NCBI GenBank assembly: GCA_964188305.1
Contig: OZ076890.1
DNA length: 64,000 nucleotides
From: Podarcis bocagei
Taxonomy: Eukaryota
Strand: one strand, 5' to 3'
Of the stretch, positions 12,606 through 24,511 are shown in pieces. A program made the position numbers and the translations under genes. Under the pieces are notes generated by a model, which was not told where the DNA came from, searched no databases, and worked only from the letters and a program-made list of their open reading frames with translations. Numbering within the stretch: the first letter of the stretch is position 1; each line of letters begins with the position of its first letter.

Positions 12606-14060
12606 CAGAAGAACAGCAACAAGGAGTGGAGAAAACAGAGCTGCTCTCAGGAATGTTGTGGGCTCTTTGGGGCCCTAAGGTAACCCCAAGCTCATGTTGG
12701 CTAGTTATGGTGCCTCAAAAATAATAGAGGTTAAAAAAACATGGATTTCAGTGCTAGGATCCCAAGTGCTAGAGGAGAGAAGATATCGTCTTCCCACAAG
12801 ACGAGAAAGTACTGTCTTGCTCCAGACACCATAAGCTGGTTTTTGCTAAAGCACATTGGGACAGTGGGAAGCTCACTACTTCCTTGCTAGCAGCCATGAT
12901 GTTAGCATAGTGTAGAATCTAAAGATACTTGCTATTCATATGCCATTTGCCCTAAGTGTTCGGAAAACAACAGCCGTCTCACATGAGCCATTTTTTAATT
13001 CCCCCATTTCACAGATGGGGGAAGCTTTAAGAGATAGTGGATTGCCCAAGGTCCTCTCATGAGTTTATATCTGAGGGAAAATTCAAGCTCATGCTCTGTA
13101 AGGTATAAGGTAACAGTTAAGTAAGAAGTACTGGTATATCTTATCACAAAAAGCATGCTGTCTTCCAGTGGCAGTGGCACAGCAGCTTTTTGCATTTCTA
13201 AAGTATATTGAGAGCGCAATTAGTTTGCTTTTGGCTCAAAATCTTAAGGCAATTGAATTTTGGTTGTAAAACATGAAGGCAGTTACTAGTAATAGCAGCG
13301 TTTCTAGGATTCTGGCTATAGGGTGCATTAAGTATGGTTGCAAGCCACATAAATGGAGGGGTTAGGCAAAACCAATGTTTTGTTAATGTTTACCTTTGTC
13401 TCCAAATTTGCATGTTTGTGTATTTAATTAATCTCATCTGGTTTCACTTGCAAATCTCTGGAGTCACGTCTTATCCAAAAGTTGTGTGACATATGACTAT
13501 TGAGTTCCTTGATTTAGCAAGTTTCCTGTTCTTTGGAATGGGCACTGGCATCCTGATCCTAAGTGCACTTGCATGACCTGGAAGTGAGCTTCACTGGTTT
13601 CAGGGAGCATTGCTTCTCAGGAAGTGTGCTTTGGACCATGACTCAGTTTATGGCTGTTCCAAAGAATTGTTTTGAGAAGAGTATCTGTTCCTCTGTGCAT
13701 TACAGCATTCTTTCCTTCAAGTATTACTGTAATTTGCTGGTTTGTGCTGATATCTTAAGGAAACTCAAGAAAAATTATGCAACCATTCTGATACTTTATC
13801 TTTCTTAAATTAGCTAATATTTTGGATGCATTTGGAAATGGCTCTTTGCCACTAACAACTTATTGTTGACTGGTCATAAATGTCATTTTCCCAGAACATT
13901 TCCAGGAACTGGGCGTACTCTGAGACTATTTTTTCCCCTATAGACTGAATGCAAAAGTTAAGTCAAGTATGACCACCTTGGCTCTCAGCCTAAAGGGCAT
14001 GTGATGCAGGTCTAGACACTGAGTTGGCACTGGGAGAGTAGGAGCTCCTCCACCACCTTA

Positions 14061-14273
14061 TAGCTCTGTTGGTAGAGCATGAGACTCTTAATCTCAGGGT
14101 CATGGGTTTGAGCCCCACGTTGGGCAAAAAGATTCCTGCAATGCAAAGGATTGGGCTAGCGAGGGATGATGGGAGTTGTAGTCCAAAAACAGCTGGAGGC
14201 CCAAGGTTGGGGAACACTGGGCTAGAGGACACTCATGGCTTTCTTCCAACTCTATGATTCCAACTCTGTGATT
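14061..14273 (+). mobile_element. tRNA-Lys(CTT)-headed SINE with CR1-like tail, interrupted by half of a hAT MITE (14161-14219)
   Basis: TAGCTC.GTTGGTAGAGCATGAGACTCTTAATCTCAGGGTC.TGGGTT.GAGCCCCACGTTGGGC matches tRNA-Lys-CTT; tail TTCCAACTCTATGATTC. Confidence 0.8.
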
Positions 14274-16233
14274 TTTTCTACTAATACTACTTCCTCTTTC
14301 CTCCCTCCTTCAGCCATTCTGCCCTATCTCATGATGCCTTTCCTTCTGAAATGCCATGTTTAGCTATTCCCCCTCTTATTTTCTGTCGTCAACCATGAAC
14401 ATGTCTTTCTCGCTCCCTGCTTCCTTTCCTATATTATAACTTCCCTTATTCGCACACTGCCCATGCTTAATTTTCTTTGCTTCTTTCTACTCCTCTCGTT
14501 TCCTATTGCACCAGATCCATATTATTTATTACATTAACATTCAGCTGAATTTTCCCTCCCCCTGGGAGCTGGATTGTGATTGGTCCACATTTGTGCCTAA
14601 ATTTCCTGTCGGCTGGTAGGAAGCTGAAGGAAAGCAGCAGCATTCCAGTGCTTGGCTAAATTATGGCAATAGAATGGTCTGACATAGCAGCTTCAGTAAA
14701 TAATCCCTAGAGTGGGATCAACCATTCTAAACAAGCGGAAAGAGGGCTTATCTGTAAAACATAACCTGCATCAAGGGGGAGCCAAAGTTCTGACAAAAGT
14801 ATGGAAGAATGCTGGTGACATGTGAAGGGTGTGATGGGGAGGGCATTAAAAAGGTGCAGTAATTTTTTATATATATTACATGTAGCATATTTTTAAAGAT
14901 GAGCCCAAAGAAGAAGCACAAGCAAGTTGCATGCTTATTTAGAACACATAGATCTGAGCCCAAGTGTTTTCTTCTGTGGGAAGATGCATGTACTTTCTCT
15001 GCACCTCAGCTTGCACATCTGCCAGCAGACTTAATTTCAGGTGTTCATGCGCTAAATCAGTGTGAGAAGAGGAAATGCTGTCTGCTGTTGACTGTGAAGG
15101 AGTACAGTCTATCTCTCCGCCATGCCCTGCTGAGTGCAATAAAGCTTGGTAGTGTTAATGTGATAGGTTATTCCTAGAAATGGACTGTTGGTACTTCTGT
15201 ATCAGATTCTTGGCATCTGCTGTGTGAAAGCTAGACATTTCATTAGGTCCCAGAAGGCTGCAGGCTGCAAAGGATTCTGGATGTATGCTGATAATATTGT
15301 GTGAAATGCTAACAAGAACCCAGCTCCCTTCAGGAGTTGTAACACCTCTCACAAGTTAGTTATGCAGCTTAAATTTGAATGTGAAAACCCGAGACAGTCT
15401 TACAATCAGAATCCCTACCGAAAGAAAGCTTGTAGCACTAAATACGTAGACAGTTTGATACAAATCTCAAAAATCTTCTTAGGTAAGCCTGAAGTATAAC
15501 ATGCAGTACTACATATACAACCCATGGGAATCACAGTGAAAAAAGATGGCCAAGGTTAATCTTATATTTGAAAGAGTTGCAGTTCCCTTGCATAATTAAA
15601 ATATTTGGAGCTAGATAACTAGCAAGAATATTTCAACATCTGGAAGAGGTCAGGAATGATAGCATTGCAATTAATTTATTTGGTTTTGCTACTTAAATAG
15701 CTGCTTATTAATCAGTAATTGTAATTTCTTAGGCGCTGTTTGTATGTGTGCTTGTGGTGTCTTAGTTTTCTAGGTTTGACTGGAGCACTTTAGAAACATT
15801 TCAGTCTCTAGTAGTTATAAACCTTGCTTTTCCTTAACAAGGAGAAGCTCATTGTTGGCTGGATGCAATTGGGAGTGTGGAGTTGTCTCTTGTATTGCTG
15901 AGCAGTACTGTTGAGGAATGGGAGTGGAAGGGGGATGCTTTAACTGACACATGGTTGAACTTGTGCTGTGCTAAGAAATATTGATTTGGAGATGTGAAGA
16001 ATGGTGAAGAGGACAGGATACAAAGATGGGATGAGTTTGGTGTTTTTATTTAACATTGGGTGATGGGTTCTCCCATGACTGCAGTGTAAAGAAATGCTTA
16101 GGTTAGGTTTTAAATCAAGTGGTTTGCCACTGCTGTGTGGTTGAGATCTTGTGGGTCAAGCTTACATATAATTCATTTGAGCTACAGTGTTCCTGGATTC
16201 AAATGCTACCAGTGTGGAATGGGATTCTGAGTA

Positions 16234-16459
16234 CAGTGGTACCTCAGGTTAAATACTTAATTCGTTCCGGATATCCGTTCTTAACCTGAAACTGTTCTTA
16301 ACCTGAAGCACCACTTTAGCTAATGGGGCCTCCTGCTGCTGCCGCACTGCCGGAGCACGATTTCTGTTCTCATCCTGAAGCAAAGTTCTTAACCCGAGGT
16401 ACTATTTCTGGGTTAGCGGAGTCTGTAACCTGAAGCGTATGTAACCCGAGGTACCGCTG
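16234..16459. mobile_element. Tigger/pogo-like MITE, same family, opposite orientation
   Basis: TIRs, TA TSD; interior is the reverse complement of 7291-7517. Confidence 0.88.
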
Positions 16460-18312
16460 TACTCACAAGTGGCAAACATGCCACAAGCAAATGCTTGACT
16501 CCCCTTCAAATGTCATAGTATTTGTGATGGGACATGTGGCGGCCATGCTATCTCCCTTTCATCTGGTATGAAGCATCCTTTGCTTCTCGCAAGAGCAGGG
16601 CTTTTTCTAGTACCTTTTAAAATGGTTATTCAGGTCGCAGTCTGAGAAATGCATGTAGAAAGTTGTATGAAAGAATGCAAAATAGTTTTACCGCATGAGG
16701 TTCTGTGGAGCCTCTGTTAGCAATGATTGTGCATTCTAGCCATTACCCTTATGAAGTCAGTACTACATTAGTCATTCAACTAAGCCTTTAATCCTGCTGA
16801 GGAAAGAAGAACCTAATTTTGATGACTTCATTCTGTTCAATATTACCATAAGGAATATAGGTGTACAAAAAAACATTAATTGGTCCCGAAACAGATTTTA
16901 AATGACATTTTGTCAAGGAGGACTACAGCAGTTCCCTAGTTATGGCATAGGATACAAAAGACAACCTTAGAAAGTGTAAATAGCATTTTCTTTGGATTTT
17001 GAGTGAACAATCTGCATCAAGGGAAGCAGATGATAAAAAGACACTTGAAAAAAAACACCCCAAACAGTACATAATCTTTACCATTTTCATTGTAAGGCAG
17101 CTCCTTTGTGACAGTTGACATTATTAATGGATGTGGTTTGCTAAATGAGGTGTTGTAAATACACTATATACCTTTTTCTATATATTTTTTCTTATCAGTA
17201 CCGCTTAGGATAGATTGCTCTCTTTTAGAGAAGGATTAAAGCCTGAAATTTTAAGAGCTGATGTGAGAATATAAATAAACTTGTTTACACCCACAATATT
17301 ATTGTTACATTAACCTGTTTCCCGCCCCCTCTGCTCCTTTCAGCTGAATGGTTTGTGGATGGAGCAGGACAGTGGATGTTTAGTGATCTGTGGTACTATG
17401 TGGCTGGTCAATTACTCCACACAATTGATGCGAGGGAGAAGGAGGAAACAAGCATGTTGGCTCTGCCCCCTCCATCACCAGTCCTGTCATCCTCTAGGAG
17501 TTGGAGGTCTGAATGTCTGCAGCAGGAAGGCTTCTCTAATGTAGCCTCCCGGCATAATTACAAACCCTGATCCTTCTGGTTTCTAAATCACGTGAGGAGC
17601 CTTCATGGGTACAGCATGCTCCTTGCTGCAGACACTAGCTGTCCTGCATCAGGGTAGCAGAGATGGGCACAGACACATGAAAGATAGGGTGAGGGCACAT
17701 TCTCCCTTATTGCTTTAAAAGGGCACAGAGGAAGGTGGTGTGGCGTTTTGGGGTAGCCATGTGGTTTTATGCTACCTTCTCAACTTGGAAGGCTTTTCTT
17801 TTAACTTATTCTTTATTATTCTGATATTCCAAAAAAATCAGCTGTGACCTCCTTTGACCTTTTTCCAGAAGGAAAAGTTATGTGTACAAGCTCTTCCATT
17901 CCATTCAAGGTTCTAACAGTCAAAGGAGCTAAATAATTGCCATTCCAGTTAATTTTTGAAGGATGTCAACCTCTAACATTTAAAAAACTAGAATTCCAGC
18001 TGATTCCATTAAACTGATAGCTGCTTGTGAAGAACTGGCTGTTAAGAAAAATAAATAAATACATGAAGGCATACTTTATGTTGATTCTTGCAAAACACCT
18101 TAGAATGGCTGCAATTGATCAAGTAGCAACTTTAATAAAATTGCATCTGCATAAGAGGCTGTTCAGTCACCACAGAACACTTTAATTGTTTAATATTAAC
18201 TAATTTTGAAAATTGCATGTTCTGAGAAAAATATCTTTTGAGGATGAAACCAGTTAATGTTATAGTGCTGTTAATAAGTCTATATGGAATTTAGGGTATT
18301 TGGAACAGTATA

Positions 18313-18529
18313 CAGTGGTAGCTCGAGTTACAAACACTTCGGGTTACAGACTCCACTAACCCAGAAGTGGTTAAGAACTTTACCTCAGGATGAGAACAGA
18401 AATCGTGCACTGGTGGCGCGGTGGCAGCAGGAGGCCCCATTAGCTAAAGTAGTACCTCAGCTTAAGAACAGTTTCACGTTAAGAATGGACATCCGGAACG
18501 AATTAAGTTTGTAACCAGAGGTACCACCG
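18313..18529. mobile_element. Tigger/pogo-like MITE, same family, more diverged with an internal deletion
   Basis: TIRs, TA TSD, shared interior. Confidence 0.85.
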
Positions 18530-21035
18530 TATTAGAACGGGGAGTGTTGTAATGGGCCACAAGTTACATTGTCCACAGTGATGTCACTAAATCAACACCA
18601 TTACTATTCAAGGCCCTCAGAGTTTCCCTTTGTTCCATAAACATACTGTTGAATCTATAAACATGACTCCCATCAATCATCAGTAATCCACTGGCATTTG
18701 CAAAGCAAATTCAGATGGCCAGTAAGACATATTAGAATGTCCCTAATAGATACAATGCATTTCTTACAATTAGAAATGTAATTGGGTTTTCACACACATG
18801 GTGGAATGGGCATGATAAACCAAAGTTAAAGGTTTAAGGTCTTATCTGCAAAGAAGTTCAGCATGTGCTTAAATTCCCCACAGGAATCAATCAGGCTTTA
18901 GTTTTTGCCGGTTTCTTTAGTATGTCTTTACACAGTTTGATTACCAAGGATCATGTAAAAACAAAAACGGGGGTGAAAATAATGCAATATTGATGAGTGG
19001 TTTTGAAATTAGAAGTGTGGGTGAAATTCTTAAAAACTAACTTTTATGCTGTCAGGTGAATGAGAGCCATATTTATGTTTGAATAAAGTTTTAATCCATA
19101 TAATTATACAAGAAGTGTAAATGCTTTTGATTAGTTAGTTCATCAGCTTAGATGCAGTTTGTTCTTCTGTCGGTGTTTTTAAGATGAATGTTAAATAGTA
19201 ATTAATGATTTCCCTCCTCTGGTGGTTTCAAAAGCTGATTGGGAGAGCCTTTGCATTGCTGCTTAAAAGCACTACCAAATAAACTTTTATGTTACTTGTT
19301 CATTTTCAGATAACTGATTTAGCTTTTGAACTTTATCTTGTGGTGCCTTGTAATGTACTTTTTGGCACCCTTTGGCTCAAGGTATGCCCTTCTCAATGAA
19401 GTGAAATGTTTCTGTTTACTAAGTAGTGAAATGGCAGATGCATTTGATAAAGCAACAGTTAACCATATAAGACTTGGGGAACTATAACACTTGGGGTTGT
19501 TCTGCAGGTGCAACTAAAAAGTAGAAAGAAGCCTCTCCTAGATATAAGTTGCTCCCTTAAAAAAAAACAACCAAGTTTGTTTGAGTTGATGTCTTTCGCT
19601 TTGTAAATCAATTCAGCAAGCTGCTGTTGAGCCGGTCTGAAAGTACCAAGAGAACTAGGATTTTCTCTTCCTTAATTGAGCAGCTTTGTTCTAAAAGCCT
19701 TAAAAACATTGCTAAATTGCCAGATGTAGGTGAGTTAGTAGTGAGTGAAAGGTTCACCTTGGCAGATTTTAGAATGTTAGCCATTTGGGAAAGTTTCTAT
19801 GAATCAGATGCTTTCCCCCACATTGTGCTTACTGCTTCTACGTTGGTACAGTATTTAAAACAAAACCCAAAGTTCTCAAGCATCAGGTAAGTTATACGTG
19901 TGGTGATGTGCACATGCTATATACATTGCAAGCACCTCTTAAAAAACAAAAACAAATACTGCTAAGCTAGCTGTTTCTTTCCATAATATTTAGTACTTTA
20001 AAAAAAAGTTAATATTGCATGGTTCCAATTGTCCTTCAGAGGCATTGTTTTAGTAGCCTTAAATTAATACACAGGAAGTTCTAATTTCCGCAAATCAACA
20101 TACAATTTTTAAAGATATAGCTGGTGAATACAGAATACACATTACAGAATAGTGCAAGTTTATGTGTACCTTCAAACTCCCCCCCCTAAAAAAACACATT
20201 TGCATTCACATGTTAAATTCAGTTGACTACACTGTTTAATCTTGCCATGAATAAATATTGCTGATATGAAAAATGGTGACATGGTACAGATCACTCTGTT
20301 AGGGTTCAGCCCTGTACTGAGAAATGTTGAGTGACCTTAATGCTTGGTAACCTGGACCAATTAGCACCTTGCAGAAATGTGCTTTTCAGGGAAGAAAAGC
20401 TTCCGTTTCTTAAGCAGCACTATTTCTTTAAACAAAGGTATGAAAAGGATCTTAAAGGTAACTAGTCTGCCTTTCCTCTTTAAACTGAACATATGCAGTC
20501 AAACAAACAAAAAGCAACTCCTGAATATAACTGAAGCATTTGCATTAATAGTTGCATTAAAAAAAAATCTAAGGCAGTATCTCCTTGAGTACATCTTCTA
20601 AAATTGTTCAAAAGTACAATAAACTCTTTTATATACATGTTTCCACATGCCTGTTAGTGTGTCACTTGAATGTATAAAAATAATTGCTAAAACTTTTTAT
20701 CCAGAACATTACAACGTTGCTGGGTCCTTTCCCACAATTTTAAATATAGTTATGACTCTGTCCAGCACACACTTGGAATTGGAGTGTAATTCATAGGTTC
20801 CCCCTTTCTCAGTATTAAAGCCTCATCTTTTGGTTTGGAAATAGCCTCCTATGCTAAAAGGGAGAGCATTAAAAAACAGTTTAGTAGTTGTTTGCTGTAG
20901 CTGATGCTTCAAAAACCTCTGTTATGCAAATTAAATCATGCACGCTGTGGATTTCTTAAAGTGAACCAAGTTAACTTTGAAGCAAAATGTCTATTGGTTG
21001 CTAAAAGAAACTTCATCCCACAACTTCCCTCTTAC

Positions 21036-21212
21036 CTTCAGTGAATGAACTGCAGAGTCCCTGTGTTAGCTATTGCTCCGTGGTGCTGGGATTTTGATTC
21101 TCTTAGGCATCAGGGATGTGAGCATTCCAGCAGTTACACCAAACAATGAGAGAGAGACTCTCTGCATGCCCCAAGCCTATGGAGCATTACGTCATGGCAA
21201 TACCATATAAGG
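21036..21212 (-). promoter_or_regulatory. Candidate internal FILIP1L promoter and non-coding first exon
   Basis: CArG CCATATAAGG 21203-21212, CRE-like TTACGTCA 21187-21194, MCAT CATTCC 21123-21128 and donor GAAG|gtaaga at 21036, all in a repeat-poor region. Confidence 0.55.
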
Positions 21213-22441
21213 AACTCTGTGTTGTGCAGACTCGTTGTGTCTGTAGTGTATTTCAATGATAGCCAGAGCTCAAAGCTTATTAATGTGTTCTGGCTCCAGC
21301 TAACACTTTGGACTGTGTGAAACATTTCGTTTGTCTAATCAGTTTGTGGCCAAAATGAATGTTCGGGAGAGAGAAGTTCAGAGCAGTTCCTTCTCTCTGC
21401 TGATGACAGAGTAATAAACTGGTTGTTGCATTTTAATCTTTTCATCTTGGTTTTCCACAACACAACTGTTCGGGGGAATTGGATCGTAGGTTTCTCCCTC
21501 CTGCTCCTTCTCTTAAAAAAAAGTGTGTGGGGGGGAGAAGCTTAGCTGGAATCCTTTGAGAGAAGTATGAACACCAAGCGTTCTTCTTCTTTTTGTTCTG
21601 TGTTTTATTTCCTGATGATGTAACTAGAAAACAATTCTTCAAGTGATGATGGGAAGGCCAGATGAGAAACTGGGGTGTGTGTTGAGTGTGTGCTCACTAT
21701 TTTCCCCTTTAAGCCCACTTTTACAGCCCTTTCACTTAAATTTGATTAAGATTCTTCACTGGGTATGCTGTACTAAATTGAAAGTTTTTAAAGAGGACAT
21801 TCATTTGATTAATAACTGGGAAAGATAATACAGGGAGGCTGAAAATAGAGAAAGAGTTTTATAATTTAAGGGCATGTAACCTAATTTGCTTCTGTGTTCT
21901 GTGATATGTGAAGGGGGGAGGGACTGCAAGAAAAGGACTACAAAATCTCATTGAAAGGTTATTGGGAATTATCTGATTAAATCCCCTGCATGTTAATGAA
22001 AGAGTCTGAAGCTATATGAATAGCTCTTTAAAACCACTTTGTTGTGTCCCTAATCCATGTAGCAGAGCACATCTGCCTTCATTTATGAATTACTTGAAGT
22101 TCAGACCTTTGCGGTATAAGTCTGTCCATGTTTACTCAGAAGTAAGTTGCTCAAAGTTTGGCGGAATTTACTCCCTAGACACTTTAGGATTTCATCCTTT
22201 AGTTGTTTACTGATGCATACTTTAATTATTCAAATATTATAAAATAGTAGTCTGATATTCAGATGCATAAAATAGCACAAGCTTATGGTTTTCTCAGTTT
22301 GACTTTCTAAAAGAAGTTGAGTGACACCATGAAAATATGAAGAAATTATTTGATAATTTTTTTGAAAAATACAATATTTGTCAGAAGTGTATTTCAATTA
22401 TGTAACTGTCATAACATGGGAAACATCCTTTTACCAGATTA

Positions 22442-22785
22442 AAGGTAAAGGATAAAGGGATCCCTGACCATTAGGTCCAGTCGTGGTCGACTCTGGGGTT
22501 GCGGCGCTCATCTCGCTTTATTGGCCGAGGGAGCCGGTGTACAGCTTCCGGGTCATGTGGCCAGCATGACTAAGCTGCGTCTGGTGAACCAGAGCAGCAC
22601 ACAGAAACGCCGGTTACCTTCCCGCCAGAGTGGTACCTATTTATCTACTTGCACTTTGACTTGCTTTTGAACTGCTAGGTTGGCAGGAACAGGGACTGAG
22701 CAACGGGAGCTCACCCCATTGCGGGGATTCGAACTGCTGACCTTCTGATCGGCAGTGGTTTAACCCACAGCGCCACCCGCGTCCC
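22442..22785 (-). mobile_element. Sauria SINE, full length
   Basis: Head GGGACGCGGGTGGCGCTGTGGGTTAAACC and (ACCTTT)-type tail; 12-bp TSD TTTACCAGATTA (22430-22441, 22786-22797). Confidence 0.9.
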
Positions 22786-23555
22786 TTTACCAGATTAGAT
22801 TACTTGTTTATTTAGTTGAGTACAGTATTGTCTACTCGGGTATGGGGGACCTTTGTCTCTTCTGAGCCACAACTCCCACCATCCCCAGCACACATGGACA
22901 GTGGCCAGTGTTGATGGGAATTGTAGTTCAGCAACATCTAGAGGACCAAAGGTTCCCCACACCTGTGCTACCTGCAAGCCTCTGGAGATAGGCAACAGGT
23001 ATTTCCCATTTGCTTCCTTTAACTAGAGATGTAAGTGGTTGAACCTAATACCTTGTGCATCCAAAGCATGTGCTCTATCACTGAGCTGGGGTCACTGTAT
23101 GCAATTATGCAAAATTAAAAATATCCCTTTGTGTAGGGGTGGATAGAGGACACATCTGCTAGGACTCTGGGTGATTTGTAGGGCTTCTTACTCCCAGTTG
23201 ATCAACAACTAGGTTCCTGAAATGGAGAAAGCCTGAGAGAAAACCAGGAGTGTGTTTGTGTGTGCTCTGCTCTTGAAAGTAAAATTGTCAGGCTGAGCAT
23301 GTATTCAATTCATAATTTTAAGTGTGTCCTTGCTTATTTATTTAAAAGATTTATTGCTTGCACTTCACCATAATGTTCCAGAACACGTTGCAACAATGCA
23401 AAATACAATTTAAAAAAGAGGGTGGTATTCAAATAAGTTTAAGTAGACCTACTGGAATTTATGGCCATAACACAGTCATTAATTTAAGTGGGTCTACTCT
23501 GTGTAAAACTTAGTTGAATATGACACAGATCAAATCATTAGTGTTATAAAACAAG

Positions 23556-23578
23556 TATATATATATATATATATATAT
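23556..23578. repeat. (TA)n microsatellite, left flank of the PLE-like element
   Basis: Pure TA run. Confidence 0.95.
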
Positions 23579-23630
23579 GCAGGTTTTGGTGTCTTCGGGT
23601 GTCTTCCCGTGTAAGAGTTGGGGTGTCTAG

Positions 23631-23668
23631 GCGACGTTTCGACGAGGTCTCACTCGTCATCTTCAGGC
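23631..23668 (-). ncRNA. Minimal type-I hammerhead ribozyme motif (inverted copy 3)
   Basis: Reverse complement of the same motif (gcgacgtttcgacgaggtctcactcgtcatcttcaggc); lies in the FILIP1L sense direction. Confidence 0.75.
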
Positions 23669-23902
23669 TGGTGCTTTCGGCTTCTTGTTACTAGAACAGA
23701 GCAGGATCTCAGTGTTTGAGTTCCTATAAATACTGTTGAGGGGGTGTGGTGTATAGCCTCAAACGTTATGGGCAGAGAGGAAGTTCCCAGGTTAGTGTGC
23801 CTTTTCTTCTTTTGTTCATTAATTACTTGAGGGATATCTTGTTTGAGGAACTCAAACACTGAGATCCTGCTCTGTTCCAGTAACAAGAAGCCGAAAGCAC
23901 CA

Positions 23903-23940
23903 GCCTGAAGATGACGAGTGAGACCTCGTCGAAACGTCGC
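23903..23940 (+). ncRNA. Minimal type-I hammerhead ribozyme motif (copy 1)
   Basis: GC-CTGAAGA-T-GACGAG(tgagac)CTCGTC-GAAA-CG-TC-GC: CUGANGA and GAAA core, 6-bp stem II, palindromic ACGU stem III, GUC cleavage triplet ending at 23938. Confidence 0.75.
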
Positions 23941-24419
23941 CTAGACACCCCAACTCTTACACGGGAAGACACCCGAAGACACCAAAACCTGCATTCCTGT
24001 ACCCGTGAAAATCTACGAAAGCAAATATATATGCAATCCCTACACAGATCTGGCTGGCACAGGGCACAAAACCACAGCTCGCCCCTATACACGAAGCCAA
24101 GCCAGAGCACAACTAAGTGCAGTACAGCCATCTTCTCAGAAAAACTCTTCACAAGCTCAAGAGGTCAAGACACGAAAGCTTTAGCAACTAATCCACACCT
24201 AATGACCCTCCTAAGTGGTACTCAGAATATCACTCAAGAAATCACTCAAGATATCCCTCAAGTAATTAATGAACAAAAGAAGAAAAGGCACACTAACCTG
24301 GGAACTTCCTCTCTGCCCAGAACGTTGGAGGCTATACACCACACCCCCTCAACAGTATTTATAGGAACTCAAACACTGAGATCCTGCTCTGTTCCAGTAA
24401 CAAGAAGCCGAAAGCACCA

Positions 24420-24457
24420 GCCTGAAGATGACGAGTGAGACCTCGTCGAAACGTCGC
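24420..24457 (+). ncRNA. Minimal type-I hammerhead ribozyme motif (copy 2)
   Basis: Identical to copy 1; core starts at 24422, predicted cleavage after 24455. Confidence 0.75.
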
Positions 24458-24507
24458 CTAGACACCCCAACTATTACACGGGAAGACACCCGAAGACACC
24501 AAAACCT

Positions 24508-24511
<4 letters not shown>

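Larger units (their letters stand above)
23579..24509 (+). mobile_element. Penelope-like (PLE pseudo-LTR)/retrozyme-like non-autonomous retroelement with inverted and direct repeats
   Basis: 23579-23841 is the inverted copy of 24247-24509 (263 bp); 23846-23992 is a direct copy of 24363-24509 (147 bp). Each repeat holds a hammerhead motif. Flanked on both sides by (TA)n. Confidence 0.8.

Noticed and set aside
14061-14126. Apparent tRNA-Lys gene (also the tRNA-Ile-like sequence at ~24965-25023)
   Set aside because: The 5' acceptor stem is missing, the T-loop is mutated, and it runs directly into a SINE body and CR1-like tail.
23911-24438. 175-aa plus-strand ORF (and the 78/109-aa minus ORFs) inside the PLE-like element
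   Set aside because: Starts and stops within the hammerhead repeats and shows no recognisable RT or GIY-YIG motif; treated as incidental, though not strictly excluded.
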